From positions 1 to 44,044 of IMG/VR virus record IMGVR_UViG_3300014158_000352: 44,044 bases of DNA; one strand, 5' to 3'. A program made the position numbers and the translations under genes. Source of the stretch: a virus. Lineage: Duplodnaviria; Caudoviricetes. The notes below the pieces were generated by a model that was not told the DNA's origin, ran no database searches, and saw nothing but the letters and a program-made list of their open reading frames with translations. Shown here in pieces: positions 14,899 to 25,443 of this stretch (positions are counted from its first letter, which is position 1; the number at the start of each line of letters is the position of its first letter).

Positions 14899-16620
14899 GT
14901 GGCGGGCAAGGGGGACGCCAACATTCCCCAGCCGGGGGTGTTGGTCCGCAAGAAACGCGAAGCCCAGGACCGGGTTCTGTCGCTTTTGTCGCAGGGGGTC
15001 ACGGTCTCCGACGCCATGGACGCCGTGGGGCGAGCCCGGCCGACCTTCTACCACTGGAGCGCCAATGAGCCGTGGTTCCGAGACCGCGCCGAGAGTGTCC
15101 GGGCCCGTGAGATGGGCGAAGAGGCGCCTCCGTTCACGGCGTTCCGCAAAGCCTTCTTCGGGTTCGAGACCTTCTGGCACCAGGAGAAGATCGTCACCGC
15201 GCTGGAGGCCGCCCCGGCTCGCAGTGTGACCATGGTCCTGCTTCCGCCCGGGGCCGGGAAGACCACCGTCCTCGAGGACTACGTCTGCTACCTCCTCGCA
15301 ACAGACCCCAACGAGCGGATCTGCGTCATCTCTGAGGCCCAGGCCCACGCCCGCAAGATCATCCGACGGGTGTCCAACCGGATGACCGACCGTTCGCTCT
15401 TCGGGGCGTTCATCGACAGATTCGGGCCGTTCAAGGCCGACGACAACGAGCAGAATCGCCCCTGGTCAGCCGATGTTTTGACCATGGTGCAAGCCTCGTC
15501 GGGAGAGCGGGACTACTCGCTCGAGTGCCGGGGAGCGGGGAGCTCGATCTACGGTGCCCGCTTCTCGCGCATCCTCTTGGACGACGTGCAATCGCTCAAG
15601 AACCTCGCCGCAACCCCGTCCCTGGTCGAGTACTTCCGCCAGGACGTCTACACCCGCCTTCCACCCGACATGACGACCGGGCGCGTCTACATCGTGGGAA
15701 CCCGGGTCGGCAACGATGACTTCTACGAGACCCTGTTGACCGAGGGGATCGTCGACGAGCTCATCAAGATCCCGGCCCTGATCGAGCACCCCGACGATCC
15801 CGACGTCAAGCACTCCTACTGGCCCAAGCGGACCATGGCCGACGGCACGACGGTCGGGTTCGACGTCGACGACCTGGCCCAGATCGAGGCCAAGGTGGGC
15901 GAGACCACCTGGTCACGGGTCTACATGCAAGAGCCGGTCTCCAAACGCGGCCAGACGTTCTCGGAGAAGGCGATCCGGGGGGCCCTGGACGAAGAGCGGT
16001 CGATTCTTGATACCACGAACCCGGGCATGCTCACCATCGCCGCCCTCGACCCAGCCCTGGCCGGGCACAGCGTGTTCCGGGTGGCTTCGCTTACCTACGA
16101 CAAGCTCTTCCTGCTCGACGGGCGCAACGAGGAGGGACTGGCCCGCTTCGAGGATATGTGGGAGATCATCAACGACCTCTCGGCCATGTGGCACCCCTCC
16201 CTCTGGATCATCGAGGGCAACGCGATCCAGGGCGGGATCGCCCGCTCGGACCGGATCGAAGAGGTGGCGCGCCAGCACGGGTTCCACATCGTCAGCCACC
16301 AGACCGGGCGCAACAAGTTCGACGACGTGATCGGGGTCACGTCGATGTCCCAGTCCTTCGCCACCAACTCGATCTCGATCCCGTGGAAGGACGACGTCTC
16401 GCAACGCGCCTTCGCCCTGCTCCCCGAAGAGCTCCGTCGCTGGCGACCTGATGTTCCGACGAAGCTCCTGCGCCAGGACGAGGTCATGTGCCTGTGGTTC
16501 CTGCACTTGCACTGGCAGCAGCTCCGTCACTCGCTCGCCACCCGGATCGACGGCCGCATCCTCACCCAGCGGCTCCCCTGGCGACCGATGGGCCTTCCCA
16601 CCATGGCGGCGGTGGGCTGA
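14899..16620 (+). CDS. terL: Terminase large subunit with N-terminal HTH extension
   Basis: Walker A PPGAGKTT, Walker B RILLDD, VGTR coupling motif, YMQEP, nuclease ALDPA..IEGNAIQ..QDEVMCLWF. Confidence 0.92.
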   Translation: MAGKGDANIPQPGVLVRKKREAQDRVLSLLSQGVTVSDAMDAVGRARPTFYHWSANEPWFRDRAESVRAREMGEEAPPFTAFRKAFFGFETFWHQEKIVTALEAAPARSVTMVLLPPGAGKTTVLEDYVCYLLATDPNERICVISEAQAHARKIIRRVSNRMTDRSLFGAFIDRFGPFKADDNEQNRPWSADVLTMVQASSGERDYSLECRGAGSSIYGARFSRILLDDVQSLKNLAATPSLVEYFRQDVYTRLPPDMTTGRVYIVGTRVGNDDFYETLLTEGIVDELIKIPALIEHPDDPDVKHSYWPKRTMADGTTVGFDVDDLAQIEAKVGETTWSRVYMQEPVSKRGQTFSEKAIRGALDEERSILDTTNPGMLTIAALDPALAGHSVFRVASLTYDKLFLLDGRNEEGLARFEDMWEIINDLSAMWHPSLWIIEGNAIQGGIARSDRIEEVARQHGFHIVSHQTGRNKFDDVIGVTSMSQSFATNSISIPWKDDVSQRAFALLPEELRRWRPDVPTKLLRQDEVMCLWFLHLHWQQLRHSLATRIDGRILTQRLPWRPMGLPTMAAVG

Positions 16621-16826
16621 TGGAACGTGATTCGGTGGGCAAGGTGCGCAACACCGGCGGACTCATGGAGATCGAGGCCATAGATCCCCATGGCACTCTC
16701 GCCTACCAGGAGTGGTGCGACGAAACAGGCTTCGACCCTCTGACTAGGGAATATAAGAACCCAGCCCCCGGCGTGCGTGTTCACTTCCATGATCCCACCA
16801 CACTGCGCGGAGGCAACTCGTGGTAG
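16620..16826 (+). CDS. Hypothetical protein
   Basis: TGATG coupling between terL and portal. Confidence 0.6.
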   Translation: MERDSVGKVRNTGGLMEIEAIDPHGTLAYQEWCDETGFDPLTREYKNPAPGVRVHFHDPTTLRGGNSW

Positions 16827-18730
16827 ACACCCTGGCCAAGGTCGGCGACGGGACCAACATTCGCGCCGGCATCCCGTTCGACCAGATCGTGTCGATCATG
16901 CGCCAACGGCGCAGCCAGCAGTCCGCTCTGATCACTCAGATGATCGACATTCGGGACCGTTACAACGGCGACGTGGTCCTCCCGGTCCCCGACGTCGACA
17001 AGTCCCCGACCATGGACCCCCCGGTGCCGCGTCTCATCGCTCAGGCCGTTGACGGGACGGCCTTGCGGGCGGCTTCGCCGGCGCCGACGATCGTCTGCCC
17101 GATCCTGGACCCGACCTCAGTGCGTTCGATCGAGCGCGCGTCGACCCGGCGCAAGATGCTCTACGCCCGCTGGCACACGAGCCAGGTCAAGATCAAGCTC
17201 TACCGTTCCTACCGGCACCTGGTGGGCTACGGCACCTGTGCGTGGCTGGTCATGCCCGACGACGAAGCGGGACATGCCCGGATCGAGCTGCGCGATCCGC
17301 TGACCTCGTATCCCGAGCTCCGTTCGCCCGACGACATTCGCGACCCGATCAACGTCGGGTTCATCTTCGGCCGCTCGATCGACTGGATCACCAAGAACTA
17401 CCCGGAGAGCGCGGGCTTCTTCTACAACGCCGCGGCCAAGAACTGGGACACCCTCTGGGACGTTGTCGAGTGGATCGACCGTGACGAGATCGTTGTTGGG
17501 ATCTTGGGACCCCGGATGCCCGCCTACCAGCCCAACGACGCCCAGCCCTACGGGTACAACGGTTTCGAGCTGCGCCGGTGGAAGAACAAGGCCGGCATGG
17601 TCCCGATGGTCATGCCCCAGCGCGTCACACTCGATCGGATCCAGGGCCAGATGTCGACGATGATCGACACGGTCGACCTGCACACTCGGATGACCGCGCT
17701 GGAGGTTCTGGCCGCCGAGCGCCATGTGTTCCCCGACCTGGTGATCATGGGTGAGGCCAACCAGCAACCTCAGCTCGTGAACGGCAACTGGCGCGACGGG
17801 CGGACGGGCGAGGCGAACCTGGTCTCAGGCGCGCGCTCGGTGCAGTACCTGTCCACCCAGATGCCCCCGGCCATCCCCGCCGTGGTTGAGCAGCTTGAGC
17901 AGGCCATCAGGGAGACCGGCGGGGCGTCGGGCATGTTCGGCGGTCAGAACCCCGGCGGGTTGCGGACCGGACGCGCGCTCGATTCCATGGGCAGCTTCTC
18001 GATCGACCCGAGGGTCGAAGAGGCGCAGCGGCTCCAGGAAAAGGCCCTCGGCGTGGTGAATTCCGCGGTCATCGCGGTCGAGAAGGGCTATTACCCGGGC
18101 CACAAGTTCTGGTCGTTCACCGGCCTCCAGGGCGACGAGGCGATGGTCGAGTACTGCCCCAGCAAGGATCTCGATTCAGGCGAGAACGCGGTGCAGTACC
18201 CAATCCCGGGTGCCGACATCTCCCAGCTCTCGGTCGCGGTGTCCCAGCTTGTCGGTTCCCAGCTCATGTCCAAGCGCACCGGCCGGGTCAAGCATCCGTT
18301 CATCGACGACGCCGAGCTCGAAGAAGAGCTGATCGACGAAGAGCAGATGCGCACCGCCCTCCTCCAAGGGCTGTCCCAGCAGCTTGTCCAAGGCGCGATG
18401 CCGCCGAGGGACGCGGCTCGTGTCATCCAACTGCTCCGGTCCAAGAAGACGCTCGAGGACGCGGTCATGCAGGCCCAGGAAGAGGCTCAGGCACGCCAGG
18501 CCACCCAAGCGCCGCCTCCGGGCCCCGGTCAGGCCGCGGCGCCTCAGACGATGCCCGGTCTCGGGCCGCCGGGCCAGGGCGCCGAGCAACCACCAGGTCC
18601 GGGAGGCCCCCCCGGTGGTGGACAGCCGCCGATCCCGATGCCGCCGGCCAGCCTCGCCAACTTCCACGCCCTGGTGCGAAACCTAAACTCGAACCCGGTC
18701 ACGCCATCGACCGGCGGCCCGCCCGTCTGA
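16820..18730 (+). CDS. Portal (head-tail connector) protein
   Basis: GGAGG SD; 636 aa directly after terL; HLVGYGTCAWLV..ELRDPL..YP; Pro/Gly/Gln-rich tail typical of podoviral portals. Confidence 0.82.
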   Translation: MVDTLAKVGDGTNIRAGIPFDQIVSIMRQRRSQQSALITQMIDIRDRYNGDVVLPVPDVDKSPTMDPPVPRLIAQAVDGTALRAASPAPTIVCPILDPTSVRSIERASTRRKMLYARWHTSQVKIKLYRSYRHLVGYGTCAWLVMPDDEAGHARIELRDPLTSYPELRSPDDIRDPINVGFIFGRSIDWITKNYPESAGFFYNAAAKNWDTLWDVVEWIDRDEIVVGILGPRMPAYQPNDAQPYGYNGFELRRWKNKAGMVPMVMPQRVTLDRIQGQMSTMIDTVDLHTRMTALEVLAAERHVFPDLVIMGEANQQPQLVNGNWRDGRTGEANLVSGARSVQYLSTQMPPAIPAVVEQLEQAIRETGGASGMFGGQNPGGLRTGRALDSMGSFSIDPRVEEAQRLQEKALGVVNSAVIAVEKGYYPGHKFWSFTGLQGDEAMVEYCPSKDLDSGENAVQYPIPGADISQLSVAVSQLVGSQLMSKRTGRVKHPFIDDAELEEELIDEEQMRTALLQGLSQQLVQGAMPPRDAARVIQLLRSKKTLEDAVMQAQEEAQARQATQAPPPGPGQAAAPQTMPGLGPPGQGAEQPPGPGGPPGGGQPPIPMPPASLANFHALVRNLNSNPVTPSTGGPPV

Positions 18731-18879
18731 TGCGGCTCAGCGAAACCCCACTGCGCACGGTCATCATCTGTCGGCACTGCTCGTGTGACCCCGAGATCGA
18801 GATCGTGGGCGAGGAGATTCACGTCACCCATGATCCCGGCTGCTACGCGCCGAAGATGCACGTGGCGAGGTTCAACTGA
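18730..18879 (+). CDS. Small Cys/His protein (49 aa)
   Basis: Read by hand: MRLSETPLRTVIICRHCSCDP..HDPGC; TGATG coupling at both ends. Confidence 0.55.
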   Translation: MRLSETPLRTVIICRHCSCDPEIEIVGEEIHVTHDPGCYAPKMHVARFN

Positions 18880-19373
18880 TGCCTCGCTCCGCGCCAGCGC
18901 CCCCGATGCCGGCTCCAGGTCCCCAGGCCAACCGGACGGACCTGCTTACGCCGGCCGTCCAGCCCCAGCCCCAGGGCCAGCCCAACGGCCAGCCGATCCA
19001 AGTGCCGACGGGACTTCCTTATGGGGAGAACCAGCAACTCCAGCAGGCGCAGTCGGCCGTCCCTCTGCCCGGGATGCCCCAGGCTCCAACTCCGCCCCCT
19101 GGGGCATCCGGGCAGCCTCCGGGTGGGATTGCGGCTGCTCTCGGTGCGGCTCGGCAGTTCCAGATGCCTGACATGGGCAACTTCCAGCGTGGGACCGAGC
19201 GGCCGGGCGAGGCGGTCACCGCCGGTCTGCCCGGCGGTCCAGCGCCGGCTCCCGGGGCTCAGCCGACGCAAAACACCGCGTCGATGGCCTCCATGCTCAC
19301 CCGAATGGCGGCTGCGACGGGTTCGGCTGCGCTCTCCCAGCTCGCCGGGCGCGCCGCGGCGGTGGGACAGTAG
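18879..19373 (+). CDS. Pro/Gln-rich virion-associated hypothetical protein
   Basis: GLPYGENQQLQQAQ and TERPGEAVTAG motifs; post-portal position. Confidence 0.75.
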   Translation: MPRSAPAPPMPAPGPQANRTDLLTPAVQPQPQGQPNGQPIQVPTGLPYGENQQLQQAQSAVPLPGMPQAPTPPPGASGQPPGGIAAALGAARQFQMPDMGNFQRGTERPGEAVTAGLPGGPAPAPGAQPTQNTASMASMLTRMAAATGSAALSQLAGRAAAVGQ

Positions 19374-22300
19374 ATGCCTGGCGGCTCGATCGAGGTGCAG
19401 GGTGCCTATGGGGCCGTGGGCAACGCCGTCGATCCGGGCACGGTCGCGGCGTCAGGGCTCTCGGCCGATTCGGTCCACGAGGCGGCAGGCCAGGCCATGG
19501 CTTCCGGTGCCTACGGTTCGGCCACCAAGACAGCCGATCAGCTCCATCAGCTCGACATCTCCCAGCAGCGTTCCTACTGGGGCGACCTCGCCCCAACCCA
19601 ACAAGGCATGCTCAAGGCGGTCGGCTATGACCTGCCCCCGGACCCCTCGGTGGCCGCGGATCACCCTTCGGGGCTCTGGGGCGATTTCATGGGCGTGGCC
19701 CACGACATCGGGCATGGGATAGCGACGGGTGCGCACGCGGTGGGCAACGTCGCGAGTGACCTGATGCGCACCGGCCCGGTCAAGGACGTGCTGCACGTGG
19801 CCAACGCGGGGCTCAGCTTCTCCGAGCACGTGGTCCGGGCCGGCGAGGTGCTATCGGAGAACGCCGATGTCGGGGACGCGACGCCGAGCCAGGCGGCCGG
19901 CGCCGGCGTCAACATGAAATCGCTGGTCGACCCGCGCGGCTACGAGGCGCTTTTCAGTCCCTCTGCATGGTCACGGGCCTGGAACGAGACCACCAACGGT
20001 GAGCAGACCTTCGATCCTCTCGTCGAGCGTCAGATCCAAAAGACCACCGACCCGACTGTGTTCAAGATGGCCAAGCAACTTGCTTCGGGCGTCCCTGAGC
20101 AAGAGATCGTTCAGGCGTTCCCCCAGGCACAACGCCAAGCGGCCGTGCAGATGCTCACGAGTGGCTCGGTGCGCACAGTCTCCCAGGAGCTCCAGAACGC
20201 CCACCTGTCGCTCGGTCAGATGGTGGTGGGAGAGAGCTACCTGACCTCCCACCCCGGGCTAGGACACGCGATGTCCGGTGCGATCGATGCCGCCTACGAC
20301 ATCGCCGGTGACCCGCTTATGCAATCGGGCAAACTCGTCGACGCGGTCAAGATCGCTCGTTGGGGGCTTGACGGTGCGCGAGCGGCCGCGTTTGCCGGGT
20401 CCGACACCTCGGCCTTCGAGCAGCTGCTCGCCAATCCGGCCACCCAGCGGTACATCAAGTACTACGGCGACATCATCGAGCACCGAGGACTCGGGGCGCT
20501 GACAGCGGTCGCCCCGAAGCTCGCCCGGGTTGCCAACGAGCTCGGCGCTTCGGGCGTCACCGATGCGGACTCGCTCGAGGAGTGGATGCGATCGGTCGCC
20601 GGCCAGCGGGCCATCCTCACTGGCCGCGCGGCGACGCTGGCCCACCACACGCCCCTCATGCCGCATCTCTCGCTCACTGGCTGGGCCCGGCTCAGCGCCA
20701 AGGACGCGCTCAGCAATTCGATTGACTGGCTGGCCGATCACCCCAAGGGGCTGCCCAGTGAGGCTCTCGCCCGGGATGACATGGTGCATGCCAGCCTCCC
20801 GGTCGAAACGGCGCTCGACTCGGCCAAGGCGATCCCGAAGACCCTCGACGAGCTCGCTCCGATGGGCGACACCCCCCTCCAGACCAAGCTGGGCGGGACG
20901 GTGTCACGCATGGTCATCGGTGGTCCCGGCGCAGCGGCACGGCTCTTCCGGCGCCTGACCACGATCACGGCCGATGCTCCGCGCCTCGGTCTCTTCGATC
21001 CCGAATCCGCGGTGCTCTTACGTCGTGAACTGGCTGGGTTCTTGTCGAAGCGACAGGTCGACCAGGCCGTGGATCTGTTCGTGAACACCACCGACCCAGG
21101 TCAGAAGTTCGCGGTGGTCAAGGGCGCGGTCGCCCAGATGCTCCACGCGGCCGGCGTGTACTCGGGGCCCCGAGGGGCCGAGCTCGGCGATCAGATGCTC
21201 GATGCCCTGGAGAACACGTTTCACGGCGAGGCGTACTCGCCGCTCGGCATCGACAAGATGGCCGACTACAACCGTGCCCGCAGCGGCCTGAGCGCAGCGA
21301 CCCCGTTCTCTGGGCCCGAACGCTCGGCGGTGCTCGAGACCCAACTGTCCGATGGCGTCTACATGCCCAGCTTCAAGGAAGTCCGCGCCGCGGCTCGGCG
21401 CGACAAGGCCTACTACGGGCTCGGGATCATCAACCCGGACACGCTCGACAAGGTCATGGGAGCGTGGAAGGCCGGCGTGCTGATGCGCGTCGGTTTCGCG
21501 GCTCGTGTCTCGACCGACGAGTGGCTCTCCAACGCGCTCCGCAATGGAGGATTCCAGGCGATCGAGGCTCGGGCTCGTCTCATGCTGGCCAAAGGCGACG
21601 CTCGGCGGGAAGCAGAGGCGGCGGCCGATGAGGGGGCCGCACTCGACGGCATGTCGATCGAAGAGCAACGTACAGTGTACGCGGCCCAGTCCGTTGCCGC
21701 TCGGGTCCCGCACGCGATCCTCGCCAATGTGCGCAGCGCCAAGGAGCTCAGCGCAGCGGTGTTGGCCGAAGGTGCGCATGGTGCGTATCGGCTCTTCGGC
21801 GGGGACATGACCCGGCAGGAGATGTACGACGCGGCCCGGGTGTACGTCGACCACGTCTGGGACGATCTCTCACCTCGGATCTCGTCGGTCGCTCACGCCG
21901 GCGGTGGTTACGACATGAATGACGACCTGCGCATGGCCCTGAACGACAACGACAAACCCGTCGCGTGGCGCCTGAAACGTGAGGGTCACTCCGAATCGAC
22001 GTCCGTCGATCCCCTGATGCGGACCAAGTGGCACTTCTCTCTCGGACATCTTGGGCGTTCGAGGCTCGGGCGAGCGGTGCTTGAGACGATCCACGACCCA
22101 CATGAGGACCAGATCGACGCGGTCGAGGGTGTGCTGCGGGACCCCGATTTCCAGTCCATCCGGGCACAGTTCGCTCGCGCTCGGCAGTTGCCCGATGGGC
22201 GCCTGGTCGGGCGCGATGCCACCGAGGACGAGGCGATCCGATCACATGCACAAAAAGTGGTCGCACACACAAACGCCCTGGTGAGAGCCTCGAACGCCCA

Positions 22301-24191
22301 GAACGGCGACATCCTCGACGATGTAGTCGACGCGACGCTCAAGGCAAAGGGCAGCCCAGCGATGTCAGTGCTCGACGGGGTCGAAAACCATGACCTCCCC
22401 GAAGGCGTCTACGGACCCGACCTGGTCCGGTTGCCGCCATTCGAGCGCATCGTGCAGACCGGGTTCCGTGGGCTCTCCAAGATCATCGACAACCTCTCCC
22501 GAGAGCCGATCACGATGCAGGCGTACGCGGCGAGCCTCAAAGACGTCATGCCCTACGCCGAGCGGCTGATGGGCGAAGGCGAGCACGCCGAGGAACTGGC
22601 ATCGGATCTGGCCAAAGAACGGGCCTACAACATGATCAAGCCCTATATCCACAATCCCGAGGTGCGCAGCCAGTTCGAGGTTATGCACCGCACGGCGATG
22701 CCGTTCCTGTTCGCCCAGGACCAGTTCATCAAACGGTGGATCCGCACGTTCGCCGACTCGCCCGAGGCGATCCGCAAGGCGCAATTGATGATGAACGGGC
22801 TCAACGTGTCGGGCTTCACGCGACCGGACCCGACGACAGGCCAACCGTTCTTCTACTACCCGGCTACCCAAACCGTGGCCAACATCTTGGCGAATGTGCT
22901 CACCAAGATCGGCATCCCCGCCTCGATGCCCATCTCGGTCCCGTTCACCGGCGAAGTGGTGAACCTCATGCCGGGCTTGTCGAACCCCCTCACCCCCTCA
23001 GTGGGTCCGATCGTCGCGGTGGCACTCAAGGGTCTCGCCAGCCGGTTCCCCGAGATGGAGCCGGTGAACCAGGCGGTGCTTCAGGAAGGCGCGTCGGAGT
23101 CGATCTGGGAACAGTTCCTGCCGACCACGCTCAACCGCCTCATCATCGCGGCGACTGCCAGCCCGTACACCAACGCTCAGTTTGCAAGCTCGATGATGAA
23201 AGCGATCCAGATGGCCGAGGCGACCGGCCATGGGCTACCGGCGAACGCGACGACCCAGCAGCAGCAGGCGTATCTCGACCGGGTCACCAACTGGACCCGG
23301 ATCTTGTACTTCACTCAGGCCGCACTCGGCTTCTTCACGCCGGCGACGCCCGAGGCCGACTTCGATCCCAAGAACTTCAACGCCCGACTGACCCAGCTCT
23401 TTACCGAGTTGCCCTACAACGAGGCCATCGCCGAGTTCCTGCGGGAGAACCCGACTGCTACGCCGTACACCGTGTTCGCATCCCAGGAAACGGGCGATGT
23501 CCCGGACCTCCCAGCCACGCAGGCCGCCGGGGCGTTCATGCAGGCCAACCGGGGCTTCATCGACCAGTTCCCAGCCGCAGCCGGGTGGTTCTTTCCGCGC
23601 ACCACGGGGACTGGGACCTTCGACCCGGCGATCTACCGCGAGCAGATCACCCAGGACATGCGCACCGACAAGTACCCGTCCCAGTTCCTCCAGGACGTGC
23701 TCATGGCGCCATCGGCCAGCACCTACTATGAGGCGCTCGACAACGAGCAGACCGCGCTCAACAGCGCCGCGTCGACGTCGGCCAAGGACACGATCGAGGC
23801 CAACTTCGATCAGTGGAAGGCTCAGTTCCTTTCGACCAACCCATCCTTCGCCGATTACCTCACGAGTGGCGGAAAGGCGGTCGTCCGCGCTGACACCATC
23901 CGGGAGATGCGCCAGGCCTTGGCATCGCCCGATGCACCGCAGAGCGCGCAGGCCGATCACTTGAACACCCTGCTCCAGGGGTATTTCAACTACGAGCAGG
24001 GGTACGCATCAGTCGACGGTAACTACAGCTCGACGGCGACCGCGTATCGCAAGTCCCTCGAGACCAACTTCACCGCGTGGGCCAACAGCTACGCCGCGAC
24101 CTACCCTGATGCAGCCGATTTCTGGACCGTCGTGCTCCAGCCCGAAATGGGCGCGAGCGGAGTAGAGGCGGGGCTGGCCAATGGCGGCTAA
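19374..24191 (+). CDS. Large internal virion / DNA ejection protein (1605 aa)
   Basis: Very long Ala-rich helical ORF without tape-measure periodicity, in a podoviral context. Confidence 0.72.
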   Translation: MPGGSIEVQGAYGAVGNAVDPGTVAASGLSADSVHEAAGQAMASGAYGSATKTADQLHQLDISQQRSYWGDLAPTQQGMLKAVGYDLPPDPSVAADHPSGLWGDFMGVAHDIGHGIATGAHAVGNVASDLMRTGPVKDVLHVANAGLSFSEHVVRAGEVLSENADVGDATPSQAAGAGVNMKSLVDPRGYEALFSPSAWSRAWNETTNGEQTFDPLVERQIQKTTDPTVFKMAKQLASGVPEQEIVQAFPQAQRQAAVQMLTSGSVRTVSQELQNAHLSLGQMVVGESYLTSHPGLGHAMSGAIDAAYDIAGDPLMQSGKLVDAVKIARWGLDGARAAAFAGSDTSAFEQLLANPATQRYIKYYGDIIEHRGLGALTAVAPKLARVANELGASGVTDADSLEEWMRSVAGQRAILTGRAATLAHHTPLMPHLSLTGWARLSAKDALSNSIDWLADHPKGLPSEALARDDMVHASLPVETALDSAKAIPKTLDELAPMGDTPLQTKLGGTVSRMVIGGPGAAARLFRRLTTITADAPRLGLFDPESAVLLRRELAGFLSKRQVDQAVDLFVNTTDPGQKFAVVKGAVAQMLHAAGVYSGPRGAELGDQMLDALENTFHGEAYSPLGIDKMADYNRARSGLSAATPFSGPERSAVLETQLSDGVYMPSFKEVRAAARRDKAYYGLGIINPDTLDKVMGAWKAGVLMRVGFAARVSTDEWLSNALRNGGFQAIEARARLMLAKGDARREAEAAADEGAALDGMSIEEQRTVYAAQSVAARVPHAILANVRSAKELSAAVLAEGAHGAYRLFGGDMTRQEMYDAARVYVDHVWDDLSPRISSVAHAGGGYDMNDDLRMALNDNDKPVAWRLKREGHSESTSVDPLMRTKWHFSLGHLGRSRLGRAVLETIHDPHEDQIDAVEGVLRDPDFQSIRAQFARARQLPDGRLVGRDATEDEAIRSHAQKVVAHTNALVRASNAQNGDILDDVVDATLKAKGSPAMSVLDGVENHDLPEGVYGPDLVRLPPFERIVQTGFRGLSKIIDNLSREPITMQAYAASLKDVMPYAERLMGEGEHAEELASDLAKERAYNMIKPYIHNPEVRSQFEVMHRTAMPFLFAQDQFIKRWIRTFADSPEAIRKAQLMMNGLNVSGFTRPDPTTGQPFFYYPATQTVANILANVLTKIGIPASMPISVPFTGEVVNLMPGLSNPLTPSVGPIVAVALKGLASRFPEMEPVNQAVLQEGASESIWEQFLPTTLNRLIIAATASPYTNAQFASSMMKAIQMAEATGHGLPANATTQQQQAYLDRVTNWTRILYFTQAALGFFTPATPEADFDPKNFNARLTQLFTELPYNEAIAEFLRENPTATPYTVFASQETGDVPDLPATQAAGAFMQANRGFIDQFPAAAGWFFPRTTGTGTFDPAIYREQITQDMRTDKYPSQFLQDVLMAPSASTYYEALDNEQTALNSAASTSAKDTIEANFDQWKAQFLSTNPSFADYLTSGGKAVVRADTIREMRQALASPDAPQSAQADHLNTLLQGYFNYEQGYASVDGNYSSTATAYRKSLETNFTAWANSYAATYPDAADFWTVVLQPEMGASGVEAGLANGG

Positions 24192-25443
24192 GGCGGCGGC
24201 CAAGCGAGCCACGGCGCTGCCGCCGGTTCCGGTCAAGGCCAAGCGATCGGTTGCCTCCAGCGCGCCGAGCGCATCTGAGCTTGCTAGTGGAGTTGCCGGC
24301 GCGACAGGCGCTTCCGTTCCTGGTGGCGCGATCAATCCCTCCAGCGCGTATGAGAACTACCCGGCCAACGACCTCACGCCATCTCAGCAGCCGGCTGCAT
24401 GGGGGATCACCAACCCAAGCCTCCAGATGTACGTGGGATCGAAAAGCCAGGAACTCCCCACTTCGTCGCCACTCCGGCAGAACCGTTTGATGGGGGACAT
24501 CGCCGACCGGATCGGGGTCAAGGCCGAACCCGTTGACCAGATGCCAGCACAATATCTACCGACCAGCCTGGCGCTGTATTTCGGTGTCCCGGTCGGCAAA
24601 GATGAGAAGAGCGACGTAGTGCTCCGAGCAGTGGCTGACAAGCTCGGTGTGCCGAAGACCGTCAAGGGCAACACGCTCTGGACCTCGGTGGCCGACAAGC
24701 TCGGTATAGATGTCACGGGATCCTCGAAGATCGTGCAGAACCCTCAGACGATGTCGATCGTGAATGTTGCCGCGTCGATCTACAACATGAGTGGCTCTCA
24801 GCTTGAGGCCCTTCAGACCCAGCTTTACGACGCCGGCTATTACGACCAGAACGTCTACACCACTGGGACAGTTGCGAGCAAGGTCACCCCTGGCAACCTC
24901 GATCCGTACACGATGAAAGCATGGGGAACCTTCTTGCAATCGGTCGCGAGCTCGGGCAAGAACACGACGTGGAGCGACGTGCTCAACACAGAGGCGACCA
25001 CGGCGGCCAAGCAGCAGGGCACGACGGGCCAAGGCATCGCCACGCTGCTCGCGGGATCCACCCCGGTCACCTCGTCCACCCCATCGGTTCAGCAGGCCAC
25101 CGCCGGTCAGCTGCTTGATCCGCTGCGTTCGATGTTCGAGCAGATGCTGGGGCGTCTCCCGACCGACGCGGAACTTCAGCAGTTCGTGACCCAGTACGAC
25201 GCGGCGCAGCAAGCCAACTCGAAATACATCGACCCGAACACGATCGTCTTCCCGGACTCCGACACCGGCATCGCCGAGGTCCCGGGCGTGCCACGTGCCA
25301 CCTACGCGGCCGAAGCAATGGCTCAGTCCGACAACACCGAATATCAGGCCCACCAGATCACCAACGCTGGCGCTCTCATGCTGAACGCGATGCGTGGTGG
25401 GTCCGGGCTCGGGACCGAACCGAATGTGACGAACGCCGGATGA
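24181..25443 (+). CDS. Probable internal virion protein
   Basis: T/S/Q-rich; LQTQLYDAGYY and FEQMLGRLPTDAELQQF motifs. Confidence 0.65.
   Translation: MAAKAAAKRATALPPVPVKAKRSVASSAPSASELASGVAGATGASVPGGAINPSSAYENYPANDLTPSQQPAAWGITNPSLQMYVGSKSQELPTSSPLRQNRLMGDIADRIGVKAEPVDQMPAQYLPTSLALYFGVPVGKDEKSDVVLRAVADKLGVPKTVKGNTLWTSVADKLGIDVTGSSKIVQNPQTMSIVNVAASIYNMSGSQLEALQTQLYDAGYYDQNVYTTGTVASKVTPGNLDPYTMKAWGTFLQSVASSGKNTTWSDVLNTEATTAAKQQGTTGQGIATLLAGSTPVTSSTPSVQQATAGQLLDPLRSMFEQMLGRLPTDAELQQFVTQYDAAQQANSKYIDPNTIVFPDSDTGIAEVPGVPRATYAAEAMAQSDNTEYQAHQITNAGALMLNAMRGGSGLGTEPNVTNAG

Noticed and set aside
19374-24191. Tape measure protein or virion RNA polymerase
   Set aside because: No upstream tail tube or chaperone genes, no TMP periodicity, and no polymerase catalytic motif recognised by eye
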